From Hydrolagus affinis (lineage: Eukaryota), in the NCBI GenBank assembly GCA_012026655.1, contig JAAILG010000665.1, forward strand, positions 1-64,000: a stretch of 64,000 nt of DNA, written 5' to 3'. Within the stretch, counting starts at the first letter, position 1. Each line of letters starts with the position of its first letter. The position numbers were made by a program, and so were the translations under genes. Under the pieces are notes generated by a model, which was given only the letters and a program-made list of their open reading frames with translations, did no database searches and had not been told where the DNA came from. Shown here in pieces: positions 1 through 13,451 of this stretch.

Positions 1-1854
1 GGCTCAGAGTTGTTACTTCTTTCTTAACCGGTTAGAGCTAGACATGCAGTTTGCAACATATATCAGTCTGCACATTTCTTGTGAACCCCAGTCACTCTAA
101 GCATTGTTATTTGGACTTTAGTTACCTTATAAGCTGAAGCATATGATTATAACTATCTAATTTATCTATCATGGGGTGACAGCTGCTGGAAGGCATTACC
201 TGATGTCCGAGTTCATGACATGATAGGCACGTGTAGCAATAATCTATTATATATATGTATTCAAATAGCTTAATTATATACTCCAAGTTTTAGTCAAATA
301 AAATATTGGATTTGATATAGTGCTAATAATATTTAATTGCCTTAAAACCATTTTACTGTGAGTTACTTTGAAAATTAAAAGCGCACATCTTTGATCGTAA
401 TGAGATGAATGATGCGAGTAACCTTTTTTGTTGTATTTGATGATAGAGAAATATTAGCCAAGGGGAGGTATCTGCTGCTCTTGAAAATAGTTTGCCCACA
501 TTACCAAACGAACAAGCAGACAGAAAGAACCTATTATAGAATCTCTGAACACAACATTTGCACTTCAAACAATGGAGCAGTCCCTTGGTACTGCACTGGA
601 ATGTTAGCCTAAATTAAGATCTCCATTCTTGATCCACAACCTTTTGACCCAGTGGGAAAGTGCTTCCAACAGCATCAAATCTACAAAATATGATATAAAA
701 TTATTCCCAATGAATTCTGCTAGTTTTAAATGCTTTGAAGTGAGGTTATCTTTCCAACATTCCAACTGGCAGTTCAATGCAAACCTTTCCAGAATGAATA
801 GTTTTCCTACAATAAATACAGTAGTCTGATTTTAGAGCATGTTAATATCTGCAACTGCGGTGTTACATAAACAATCTTATCAATATGTTCTTGTGGCTGC
901 AAGGAGTGTGTTTTTAAACTTGCTCTTTAAATGTTTCAGTGGTTTGCTGCAGTCGTCCTGGTTGTCATATTGGCAGTCCTTTTGGTTTGATTTAAAGTGA
1001 TTCTCTACAGGTTTCACACCGGGCCAAGTTCCAACTGGCGTTCTGGCAAATACCAGGTCCAGCTGGATGATGAACGACAGCCACCTGGCTACCAATGTGA
1101 GCTGAAGGTTGGGTCTCTGCTTGATGACTGCTATAATATAGCTTTTAAAAGTTCATTACCAAAGCTGGAGTCATTGGTTGAAAACTCTGAATTAATTTAA
1201 AAGTCTAAATTAATTGTTACAATTAATTTATGTTACTTGCAATATTTCTTCATGACTTGTTCATAGTTCTTGTTATTCTATACAATGCCTGGCTTCTGAG
1301 CACAAACTCTTAAGGCTACATTTTGAGAGATTTTGTTCATATACAGGAATTTTCTTTAAACACTTGTACCCTCAGGATATCCTGTGCACATTGCTATTGT
1401 AGTATGTGTTATGGTTTGAAATACAGAGGATATTTTGGAAGAAATTCTCACTCTGAAGTTCAAACTGTCATTGTACTGTATATGATGAGCTGTAGCTTTT
1501 TTTTGGTTTGGGTGGGAGAGAGATACAACAGCTCCCTACTTATTTCAAAATGAGTTAATTTATGGACTTTTGAACATTTAATATATTTGCTCTGAGCAGG
1601 TTATTTGCGCTATTACTAAATCAAATTAAAGTGCATTATTTATACCTATAGTTATTATGCATAGCCTTTGCAAAAAGAAATGCATTCAACTAATGTTGAT
1701 TGATGGTCAAAGTACATCTTGCACTTTGGTTTTTATATTTTATGTTTGTTTTTGTCCAGAATTGCTTAATATCATACATAATATAGGAAGTAAGTACACT
1801 TGAATAGCTAGTTCTATCCTTTAAAGACAGTCTGAATTATACAATCATCTATGA

Positions 1855-2195
1855 AGAACAACAACAAAATTACATTTGAATAGCGCCTTTAACATCAGGA
1901 GGACGTCCCAAGGCACTGGAAAGTCAGTGTTTCAGACCCGAGCTGGGATCAGGGAGGGTGGAAAGAAAGTGGGGGGGATGTGGGGTGACCGATGGGACTG
2001 TTGAAAAGGAGGGTCTTGAGGCGGGCCTTGAAGCAGGCTAAGGAGGGGGCAATGTGGAGGGATTGCGGGATGGAATTCCAGAGGTTGGGGGCAGAGTGGC
2101 TGAAAGCTCGCTTGCCGATAGTGGGTCGGGGGGCATGGAGCAGGCTGGAGCCCACTGATTGGAGGGAGCGAACTTGTATGTGGGCTAAGTGATTT
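1855..2195 (-). mobile_element. L2-type LINE 3' fragment
   Basis: RAFSHSAPNLWNSIP...FKARLKTLLF peptide and gtgaaaggcgcta-type tail ending in (TTG)n. Confidence 0.85.
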
Positions 2196-2449
2196 AGCTT
2201 CAAGTGTTGTAGGAGATCATGATATTTAATTGTGCCAGGTTTCAGCCTGGCTCAGTTGGAAACAGTTTTGTCTCTGAATCAGAAGGTTGTGACCTCAAGT
2301 CCCAAGTTGAGACTTTTTGCTTATGGTTGAGGCTAATACAGTACTTCAGTACAGTGCTAGAAAACTGCTGCAGTGTTAGAAGTAATGTCAATTTTAATAC
2401 AATAATAATTTTATGAATATAAATAAAGGATTGAAACCTAGTTTTACCC

Positions 2450-2765
2450 ATAATAATCTGTCCGCTTCCTCTGCTTGGTAGGCACTAGTCTGCTCCATGT
2501 CCTCCGCCCTACCTGCCCGGATTCCAGCCATCGCGTTTTCTGACCCCATCCTCTTGAACTCCATCATGGAATCCCTCTGCCTCGCCCCCCTCACCTCTAA
2601 GGCCCATCTCAAGATCTTCCTCTTTGACTGTGCCTTTGGCCATCCTCCCACCCCTACTTCCACTCCTTGATTCTAATCCCCAGTTCGAGTGCAATTCCTT
2701 CAGTATCCAGCGCCTTGGGATGTTCTTCTGACTTGAAAGGCATTATAAGATGCAACTTGTTTTGT
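2450..2765 (+). mobile_element. L2-type LINE 3' fragment, inverted relative to 1855-2195
   Basis: Same family tail, cagcgccttgggatgt...gaaaggc. Confidence 0.8.
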
Positions 2766-3309
2766 TGCCACTGAATGTCACAAAAGTATAATGGTTGGCA
2801 TATAAGTTATACCAGTAACCTCAACTATAAAACACAACAGTGAGAATGTTTACTTTTTTTATGTCCACCTGAATGGTGAAAAATGGCTAGTGCTACCAAT
2901 GTGATTTTGCAAAAGCACTTGTGAAATTTTGGGATCCATTTCAATTATTGCAGTGTGCTAAAAGTGAAGTTGATGATTGTTCTCCTGCACACTGAACAAC
3001 TTCTGTATATTAAAGTAGAGAATAAAACTAGCTGTAAGGTATGTCAGTACAGGTCTGGACTGGTCAGGGAAATTAAACAGGTTAAATGTAAGAATTCCAG
3101 CATATAGGCTTGGATGTATACAGTATAACATAATGGACACTCTAGTTGATCAGAGATATTAAATTATTCTTTTAAGAATGTGCCTCACCTTACTTTGCTG
3201 CACAAAAAGGAAGAATCTCACTTTGCCTTGACATTTATTATTCTTAACAATTGCAATGCCTTTTGGATGTATGTCGCATTTTAACAGTAAACTCACTTTT
3301 GTTTTGCAG

Positions 3310-3440
3310 GCTTGCATAGATGAAAACTTCGACATGGTGAAGTTTTTGGTGGAGCATGGCGCAGACACCAATCAGCCAGATAATGAGGGCTGGACCCCGT
3401 TGCATGCTGTGGCATCCTGTGGATACATAAATATAGCTGA
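3310..3440 (+). CDS. PPP1R12B: Exon 2 (131 nt), ankyrin repeats: ACIDENFDMVKFLVEHGADTNQPDNEGWTPLHAVASCGYINIAE
   Basis: ttttgcag| acceptor, |gtaagt donor, ankyrin GWTPLH motif. Confidence 0.97.
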
Positions 3441-6405
3441 GTAAGTGGGAGCATGCACAGGGCAATGTTTATAAATACATTCCAGTCTTGCTATGTAGCT
3501 GAAATGATAGGCTTTGCAGGGCTTGTGTGTATACAATGTTGTTGTACTGCTTAGCGTTTCTCTGTTAGAAAATCTCTGTACTATTTTCATTTTCAACAGC
3601 ACATACTCTGCAACAAACAAATTTATTGTAGTGTAGATAGCTATGAAACATTTCCTGGATGATGTATAACTTTGTGTTGTAATTTGTAGATGTTATTTTA
3701 ACTGTGTACATATTTCTCTAAATGCTGTTCACCATTGCCCATACTTCTCTGCTTGTCACACCATGACTACTAAAATACCCATGCAGTTTCAACTATTTGG
3801 AGTTTTCAGGTAGGGAAGGGAATGGTTAGTGCTAGATTGTATTCCAATTGAGAAAATATTCTGGTATCTGAACAGAATCTGGATAAAACGTATTCAAATG
3901 ATATTTGTCAACTACTGATGTAGATCCTTATAGAGATTATGATAGGGAATGGGAAGGAAGAGAATAGAAAAGGATATTCTTCTCCCTGGCTAATCTTGAA
4001 TAGCAGGAAAAATCTTCACTGAATTATTGCACCAGAGAGTTGTCAGGGAACACTACTGTCTTTCTCAAGGAGATGAAAATGAAAGTGAAAATACTTATCT
4101 ATTTACAATAGGTAGTTTGGGATCTCCATTATAAACCCAACCAGCTTTATAACAGGATAAGAACAGCAGACAGCTCTTCTGTGTTCATTGAGATGGTGAC
4201 AGTGGCCTCACCAGAAGGAAGCTGGCCATTTTTTCTTACATGCTGGCTGGGATTTTGATACACTGATGGAACCACACATCTATTTTGGAATTTTTGGTTG
4301 ATTATTACAACAACAATAAAATTATACTTGTATAGTGGTTTTCACGTTAGGAGGATGACCCAAGGTGCCGGGATTAAATGGTTCAAACCCCAATTTGCTC
4401 TGAGCAAACTGACATGCTATCCTGGGTATCTCTGTACACTAATCAATGTGCTCACGATAAATATATTGATGCCTTTACTTTGACCAAGGCACTGCTGGTG
4501 AGTTCCACATTCTTGCCACCTTCTACATGAAGTACTTCATCCTAAATTCCCTATTAGCTTTATCTATTTATGCTACTCCCTGGTTTTGGACTCATCAACA
4601 ATTAAAAAAAAAGTAGAACTGGTATTAACTGAATTAAACAACTTCAATTAAAGACAATGATGCCATCTAATTTTCTCCAAGCAAGATATTTGACAAAAGG
4701 AAATATAGGCAGTCATTGTTTTGTAATGTGCAGCTGTGAAGGATGGGAAAAAATAGACAGATTTGCAGATTTGCATTGTGAGCAATATGACTGTTCCCAA
4801 GGTCAACACAATTCTTCTTTGAATTGTTCTCTTGTGCCAGTTTGTGAGTTATTCAAAAATGGGTTTATTCTTTGGGATCAAATTTACAATGCATTAATGT
4901 TAACTGTGTGCTATATCTTTAGGTATTTTGATATCCAGTAGAGAGTTGTCTGTGTGGAACAGACTTCCAATAAAAGCAACCAAATGATTTATTAATTTAT
5001 TTTCTGTGATAGGAAAGTGCCACTGTATTATAGTTTGTTTCTATTTTAGTAATGACCAATGCATTAAATACAGTAAACTCAATATGTCACCATTCCCAAA
5101 GGAAAATAGCTCAGTGATTTCGTAACTGGGGCAACTATGTGCGCATTAGTCCTCCGGTGCCACAAGGGGTATTGTGCCCTACTGTATCACACACTGTATT
5201 GTAGAGTATGCATCTGTCAATATAACAGAGTGGCAAGTGTCCCCACAACTATCAGTTTATTTGTTAAAACTTGTTTGTGCAGTTAAACAATCACACTTGA
5301 ACAATTAGGCAGAACTGTACAGAAGGCGAGGTCTAAAACTTCTACACACAGCGATCTTGTCACAACAGTCAAAACAGCCTAACACCCGGCTGGTTGAGGG
5401 CTAGGGAAACCTTTTCTTGCAGTACCAGGCTGCTTAAAGTGAGAGTTCACTGAATGGTCATGGTACGGCTGGCTGAGTAGTGCCTAAATTCATTCGGATG
5501 ATATATTAATATTTTACTTACTGGGATATGTAGGAAACAACTTTATACATATAAGTGAGTGATGAAATAAAAAGGAGGAGGGGTCACTTGTTCACATTTT
5601 GAATGAAAGCGGCCAGGTTATTGACAGATGATATAAACCAGGGTCGTATTTCCAGGAATTCACTGTAATTCATTTTTGTAAACATTGCGGATTGCAGAAT
5701 TGTCAAAGATAATCAATCAAATCAATCAAAACTTACATTTATATAGTGCCTTTCACATCGATAGGACGTCCCATAATAAAATGCAGACTCAGGTTTCTTC
5801 TTTTGTATTTAAAATTATATTGAGGAAAAACTTGTGGTGCTTCCTAAAAATATTTCCTAATCCTAAACTTCTAAAAAATTGTTTGTTTTTTTGACTGAAG
5901 AGGGAGTAGATTTACTGTTTCTTCTATCATTTTGAAATCAATTTTAATTAAATAAAAATTAGGAATGTGACCTGGGGCCTAAAATTTATAACATTGATCT
6001 CCTGTCAGGATCAGAAAATGAGAGAAACTAACCATTTACTTGAAGAACTGTGCCACCTGCTGGTGTTTTTAAAATGTTCCTTAACTAAATTAAGGTGAAT
6101 TTAAGGATTGTCATAGATTTTACCCTACATATATCTTGAGTACTGTATAAGAATATAATTTTCAACACTGCTAGTGTATTTATTTGTTCCTTGATATTGT
6201 TTCAGTTTGATAGATTTGCTTTCATTCAACAATTGACATTTTTTGCCATCGATGACTATACATGCAAATTTTAAAGCTGAATTCTGTGCTTAGTACTGCA
6301 ACAATGAATTTGACTTGTTCTTTGTTTTGCTATCTCTATATCTATTCCATTCAAAGTATATCTTAGTGATTATCCAGCAGAAAGTTAGTTATCTTTATTT
6401 TGCAG

Positions 6406-6524
6406 GTATTTAATAAATAATGGAGCCCATGTTGCTGCTGTGAACAGTGAAGGAGAAATTCCATCTGATATTGCAGAGGAATCAGCAATGAAAGACCTTT
6501 TACAACAAGAAATCAGTAGACAAG
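6406..6524 (+). CDS. PPP1R12B: Exon 3 (119 nt): YLINNGAHVAAVNSEGEIPSDIAEESAMKDLLQQEISRQ
   Basis: ttttgcag| and |gtatag; phase 2 to 1; MYPT homology. Confidence 0.96.
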
Positions 6525-7334
6525 GTATAGTATGCAATTCTAGAATATCTAAACATTCTGCCGGTATCTTGATCTGTATTTTCAATAATGATATTTTTGA
6601 AATTGAGTTGGATATTTATGAGCAAGTGACATCACTTTCACAGGTGGTATCCCAGAAATGAGTAATGAGATTTTGTTTTTTGTTTTTAGCTTGAGCACTG
6701 AATTATAAGGTGATCCAGAAGCAGTGCTTTTTTTTTTCGTGATGATGTGGATTTGGATAAATTAGTTTTTCAAGTGACTAAATTATTGCATAGCACGTGA
6801 TTTTTTTTGGAGCAGGAAAAGACCTTTAGACACAACAAGCCTGTCCTTTGAAAGAGTGTTTATGAATGAAAATGTTTTGGTTTTCAAAACAAACATAGAA
6901 ATATAACTATGAGAGAGACTGGGTAAATTTGAATGAGGTACAGATTGTGGGGAATGCTATTCATTTTGAAGTCACCAACTTTGAAAGCCAGCAGAGGAGA
7001 AATTTGGCTCAACTTCATTTTGTCTAGAATAACTCGTAGAAATGGGAATACACATTGGCATAAATAAAACTTGACGCAGATTGGAAGTGTTCTGTACCAA
7101 ACATAATGCAGTATCCCACAAACAGTTGTGGATTGAAATGACCAATTTCTTATTTTTTTTGAGGGATTATTATTAGGCGTGTTAATGATTGCAGATAGGT
7201 GAGGATAAACAAAGAACATAAGAATCCAGTTGAATCATTTGTGTACTGGACTGGGGATCCAGTTCAAATGGGATCACCTGTAGATATTGCCCCCTCTCTG
7301 TTAGTCCTTAAAAGCCTGTCCCTTCCAACATGCC

Positions 7335-7440
7335 CCAGTTCTGATGAAGGGTCATGGATCCGAAAAGTTGACTCACTTTCCTTTCTCCATAGATGCTTCC
7401 TGACCTGATGAGTGTTTCCAGCAATTCCTGTTTTTGTTCC
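7335..7440 (+). repeat. Penelope-like/chondrichthyan repeat fragment with a hammerhead-like core
   Basis: ctgatgaagggtc...cgaaa...ctccatagatgcttcctgacctgatgagtgtttccagca. Confidence 0.55.
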
Positions 7441-8536
7441 ACATGTAGATATGATAATAATAATAATCCTTGCATTTGATAAAGTGCTTTTCATGTCTTC
7501 TAGATGTCTCAAAGCACTTCACAGAATATACTGTAAAATTAGTTGACTGTATAATACAGTCAAGCCTTGCCGAACGTGACTTTCTCGAGTACGGATTCGC
7601 CTATACATGAAGAAATAAATGCGGCACTTTTTTGAGTGAAATTTGCATATATGTGCTGGCTGGCCCCCGCGTGCATGCACATTTGGGAGGACGGCGGCAG
7701 CTCCCGACTAAGTCCGATGATTCCTCGGCTGGCTGATCCCGCTCGCATGCACGTTTGGGAGGACGCCGGCCCAGTGCGCAATGCACACTTGGGAGGACAC
7801 ACTTTCCTTGGCCTCGGAGTAACCTGATGGCATTGCATGGTAAACAGAAGAGACACAGAGAGAGAGAGTCTCCTAAAATTTCCAGGACCAAAAGTAAAAT
7901 AATTTAGCCAAGCTGTGGTTGTGTAAGGTGCTGTTTTATTGTCTCCAGTGAGTCAGTGAGAGCGGGGAGAGTGACGAGCGGGGAGAGCGGGCCAGCCGGC
8001 TGTAGCCTGCCTGAATCTGTAAACCCCATTTCTGTCCAGAAATAGATGAATTTGGGGGTAAGCAAAACTGCATGCAGTTTTCCAGATCTTTCCAAGGCTT
8101 TATACAGCAACATCATAATCTCTTTTGATTTGCACTCTTCCTTCTGCTGATATAATCCCGGACTTTGTTTGGCTTTTTACTGCTGTAAACCACTAAGAAT
8201 TATTATTTTAAGTCTAGACAATGGAAATAAATTAAGCGCAGTTGCAGCAATGGCAACCAATCATACACATTTGGTTGTAGACTTAAATCCAGGGGTATGA
8301 ATACCATCATAGAAACATAATCTTGCTTGCTGAAATGCCAGTACAAAATTTATTTTAATTTGTTGGAGATTAGTTTCTGTTGAAATTGTCGCTGAATTAT
8401 GCACCAGGTACCTGTAAATTAGTCCTGTCAACTATGTCTCAATTGCTGTAATATTTCAATTTTAATAAATTATCATTGTCATCATTGGCAAATTTCCTAA
8501 ATGTATACAGAAGATATACAATGAAATGTGTGTATA

Positions 8537-9180
8537 CAGGTATCCCCCGATTTACGACAGGGTTGCGTTCCTGGAAAACGTCATGCAAATCGAAAGTTTG
8601 TAAATTGGTATGCCTTTTCCCATGTGGTCCCGTTATGTAACCCGAGATGAGTTACAACCCGAGATGCGTTACTTTGATAACATTTTCGGACCTTAAACCC
8701 ACTATAATAACACACAAAACATACAAAATAACACACATAGGCAAGAAGGGGTACTTGGGGTAACTGTAAGTGATGGCTTTGTGGGGTCTCTTACCGCTAG
8801 CAGTATTACTGCTGCTGGTCTTTTTTCTGACATTGTAGAAATGCAGTAGAGGCTGTAAATCGCTCGAAATTGCTGGGGATTTTTGGGAAATACAGTAATA
8901 CTAACCACGCATGCTGTCTCTTCAAAAGAAGGTGGCTTTTAAAAAATGACGTAGCGACAAGCTATTGGCGAGTTCAACAGCTTGGATACAGTATATGTAC
9001 TGTGTATTTATCACGAAAGGAAATACTATATATTGAGCATGCGCAAAAAAGAAGCGCAAACATTTTTGGGGTTTAAAACGGAACAAAATATTGTACATCG
9101 ATTAAAAAGGTGTTAAAAAAAATTACATTCATTAAATTGAAATCATGTACATAGACACATTGAAAATCAGAGGATACCTG
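8537..9180. mobile_element. Non-autonomous Tc1/mariner (pogo/Tigger-like) element
   Basis: TIRs CAGGTATCCCCCGATTT and AAATCAGAGGATACCTG, with TA on both flanks. Confidence 0.85.
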
Positions 9181-11038
9181 TATTATTTTGTTCAGGAGAC
9201 TATACGACCATGTTGTCAGTTCTTTGCACTCTTAACCTCTTGAGTCAGAAGGTTTGGGGTTTAAGTCCTCTTTGGGACTTTAAGCTTGTTCTGTAGTTTA
9301 GGCTAACAGTCACCAGCATGGTTTATGCTGGGGTGTGCTGCATTTCAGTGTTGCCATCCCTTAGATGAAATGTGAGTTGAGGTTCCACCTGCATGCTCAG
9401 GTAAATATTACAGATCCCAAGATGTTTTTCGTAAAAAGAAGGCAGTTTTTCCCATTGTTTTAGTTAACAATCTGCTAGGTAAAATTGGTGATTTATTTCG
9501 TGGCTATTTGTGGGATATCGCTGCTGTGCGCAGATTGGTTGCTGCTTTCATTTACAAAATACATTAGAACATCCAGCACAGAAACAGTACAGAATATACA
9601 TTCATTTGGCCTAACTGATCTATACTGGCGTTTATGCTCCACATAAGTCTCTTCCTACCCCTCCTCAACCAAACCTACAAGCATAACCTTTCATTCCTTT
9701 TTCCCTATGTGCCTATCTTGCTGCCCTATATAAACTGCTATATAAATATAACCTGGGCTCGTGTGTTTCCGGACTTCGGACATCAGAAACACGTTCCGAA
9801 GTCCGGAAAAACATGAAAACCGGCTCGGCCTCAGTCCCGAGGTTGCCGGATTCAAGACGCTCCAACTTTACTAGCGAAGGCCTAAGGTAGATATAACTAC
9901 TGTTGAAGGCTACACAACTTTAAATACAATGTTAAAATGTTAGTAAATACAACAATAAACAATAAAATACAGACAGTCCTTGACTTATTGAAGCCACAGT
10001 GCAGCCCGTACCATATGGGAGAAGCTTAAATGGCAGAATGCTGGCCAACCAGAAAATGCTGCACAGGAGAAGGCCGCGCGATTTAAAGTGTGTGTAAACA
10101 TTCGTTATAGTGAACGCAGCCTTCGTTAAGCGGATAAGTGGTACAAATAGAAAACTTTGTTATAGTGAACCATCGTTGACCGAGCGTTCGTTAAGCGGGG
10201 TCTACCTGTACACTTATTTGCGGCATCATATCTCCAATGTACCAGGTCACTCTGTATAGAAAGCAGAATTGGCTATTTCTCCCTTTGTTATAGTTAAACA
10301 ATGCAAATGCAAGGATTTAAAAAAAAAATATTTGGATACAAGTTCAGCTAAATTCACTCAGCTAATCATTGTTGTATTTAACCACTAAATATGTAATAAT
10401 TGCACACATATAAATATGCATGTGTATCGAAATAATAGAAGTTAGAACTGAAGAAAACTCATTCTAATATTCACTCTTTCAAAACAAAATTCTCTGCTCA
10501 TTGTCTGTTTGGGAGGTTGTTGTATTTTGTGTATTACAGTACAGACCAATATCAGGGTTATTTGCTATTTGTGTTCTCATGTGCTGTCCTCTGCCCTTTT
10601 TGTCAGTTAGTCCGAACTCGGGGCAAAGAGCAGAGTTAAAGTCATGTGAACATGTAAACTGCATTCTTGAAATTGACTTTCACTGCCAAAAACCCTTTCT
10701 TGATAAATATGTCTAGGACACAGCCTTCAATTCTAAATAACTGTTTGAAATTGGTAGAATTAAGCTCTGAAAATAATTTTGTTTTTGAATTTCATATTAT
10801 TTATTAATTTATACAAATAAATTGCCTTCCCTATCATAAGAGATATTTGATTAATCACCATTCTACTTGTGCATAAATTAGAAAATGTATTATTTTTTAT
10901 ATTCCACAATGTCTTTTCCGATTTCTGCAATTTAAAAAATAAGTTAGTCAGAGCAGTAAACTTGACCTGCTGTGTGGTGATTTATTTTTGCAAAAATATT
11001 TTAGACAGTATAATAAAGCACATTTTGGATTTTACACG

Positions 11039-11330
11039 AGTCCTGTAACTCAGTGGTTAGAGCACTTGCCTCGGAACCGAGAGATCTGGGTTCGATTCCA
11101 GGTAGGGCGAAATCTTGGGCGGGTTTCCTTACTGCACATGCCTGATAATAATCCCTCCAAAAGCAACACAATAAGAATGTGGTCACTCATTCTACGACTG
11201 TTTGTGGGAAGCTGCTGTGCGCAATTGACTGCCGTGTTTCGCCCACAAATACAGTCAATTTACTGGACTGTATATTCTTTTGAGACGTGTAGAAGATGTG
11301 AAAAGCGCTATATCAAATACAAGTATTTAG
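11039..11330 (+). mobile_element. tRNA-headed SINE with Deu-like core and L2-type tail (younger family, about 290 nt)
   Basis: A box ctcagtggttagagc, B box gggttcgattcc, core tgtgggaagctgctgtgcgcaattg, tail gtgaaaagcgctat. Confidence 0.85.
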
Positions 11331-12414
11331 TAGCAGTTCATGTACAAATCTGCCCTCTTGAGGCACTCATGTGAATTTCATATTATACATACAGCTAATC
11401 CAAATACAGTACAGTATCGCACTAACTGCTGAATATTAACGAAAATTGCATGGAAATGTTGTGTATAATATTTTCATTTGTTTTAGCCTGCAAAATATTT
11501 AAAAAAGAGGATAGAACATAAACATTTAACTATTTGTGTTTTTGCCCTAACTCCCAGAATATTAGTAGAATGAGGGTTCACCTTTCAAATGGTACCATGA
11601 GCTAGGTTCACTGTAGATTGCTTGAATTTTAAAGCTATCTGTTCTGGCTTTCTGAAAGGACTATTTAGGACTATTTAATCCTAATCCACTTAATTTTTCC
11701 CATTCACTTTTTATATTTTTTTCTGTTTCAAATATTTATCTAATTCTAAATACAGTACAGTACTTATATTTATCTAACTCTCTTTTAAAGCTAATGTGTG
11801 TTCTGATTCAACAATCTGTAGTGCTTTCCATTTTCAAATAATACTGTATATAAGAACCTTTCACTCAACCTCATGCTTTTTTAAGCATTTATGCAATCTA
11901 ATTACTGACTGCAAATATTTACTTTATTTTATATTATTAAAAGAAAACTCACTGCTTGATCAAGTCTCCACTTAATTTTCTCTTTATACTGAAACAGGCC
12001 TAGTTTCTCTCTCCTTTCCTCCAGCTCTCAACTGTGGTATCAGCCTATTGAATCTCCTCTTTATGCTCTCCATGGCCATGACATCCTTCCTAAAGTGGGG
12101 CACCCAGAACTGTAGTTCTTGATTAATTTTTGTAACTTTCAGTATCTTTAGATCAGCTGAGCAGATGTGAGATGTGAGCAGGCAGTTACCACGCAGTTAA
12201 ATATAGTGTCAAGACAACACACTTGACCCCAATTGTGTGAAAGAAAGTTAATTAATTTACTAACATTTAAATCTTATTATTGTTTTGAATAATGTAAAAT
12301 CTATTTGTTTTGACAAATGTGATTTATTTTTGCAAATGTACTCTGTTGAATAATGGGTCATGAACCAGTTGGGATAGTATTGGAAAGAATGGTTTTATCA
12401 GTTCTGAATATGCA

Positions 12415-13040
12415 AGTACAACAACAACAAAATTACACTTGTATAGCGTCTTTCACGTCGGGAAGACGTCCCAGAGCGCTGAACAGTCAGGTCGGGACCT
12501 GAGCAGGTGGGGAAGGATCGGGGTAGGGGGGAAGGGGAAGGAGAGTGGGAGAGGGGGAAAAGTTAGGGGGGCAGTCGAAGGCGTGATTGAAGAGGAAGGT
12601 CTTGACCGGCCTTGAAGGAAGAAAGGGAGGAAGCAAGGTAGAGGGACTGCGGGATGGAGCAGAGGCTCAAAGCCCGGCCACCGATGGTTGGGTGGTTAGG
12701 GCGGTGGACGTGGAGCAGGCCTGAGTCTGCTGAATGGAGGGTGCGGGCAGGCTGATAGAGAGACAGCAGGTCAGAGAGATAGGCAGAAGCGAGGCCGTGA
12801 ATGGCCTTGAAAGTGAGGATGAAGATCTTGAATTCGATCCTCTGGGGGATGGGGAGCCAGTGGAGACGGGCGAGGGTGGGAGTGATGTGGTTGCGAAGCC
12901 TGGTGCGGGAGAGTACATGAGCTGCAGAATTATGAATGATCTGCAGCCTGTGAAGTGAGGAGCTGGGAAGGCCGACTAGGAGAGAGTTCTGTAGTCGAGC
13001 CTGGAAGTGACAAAGTGATAAAGTGAGGGACTGCAGGACC
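12415..13040 (-). mobile_element. L2-type LINE 3' fragment (C-terminal part of ORF2 plus tail)
   Basis: Peptide LVGLPSSSLHRLQIIHNSAA...HITPTLARLHWLPIPQRIEFKI. Confidence 0.9.
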
Positions 13041-13291
13041 AAGTACTGGGTATTGAGCCAACATGGGACCTTCTATATTTATGCATTAGTATGGTTATTC
13101 TTTTATATACCGTATATTTTCCTTGTTTTTGTTTGCAAATAAAAAAATGTGTTATCTCGTGATTTGGCTGGATATCAGGGGGTAGAATGAAAACAAAATA
13201 CAACTGTAATATTGAAATCAGTAAGTTACCTCATAATATGGATAGAAAATTGCTAGTACACAGGATACATCTTACAATTTCTACTCAATAG

Positions 13292-13451
13292 GAATTGATG
13301 TTGAAGCTTCAAGGAAAGAAGAAGAGCACCGAATGCTTCAGGATGCTCGGCAGTGGTTAAATAGTGGTAAAATAGAAGATCTGAAGAATTCAAAATCAGG
13401 TGGTACGGCTCTGCATGTGGCTGCTGCAAAAGGTTACTTAGAAGTTTTGAA
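13292..13451 (+). CDS. PPP1R12B: Exon 4 (160 nt): GIDVEASRKEEEHRMLQDARQWLNSGKIEDLKNSKSGGTALHVAAAKGYLEVL
   Basis: caatag| and |gtaagt; TALHVAAAKG ankyrin motif. Confidence 0.96.

Noticed and set aside
11039-11110. tRNA-like A/B-box sequences here and at about 42018, 49775-49847 and 54035-54107
   Set aside because: They continue into a repeated SINE body and tail, so they are SINE heads, not tRNA genes.
12563-13042. 159-aa minus-strand ORF and similar ORFs at 1949, 14051, 14495, 34842 and 56166
   Set aside because: L2 ORF2 remnants or their antisense frames; not host genes.
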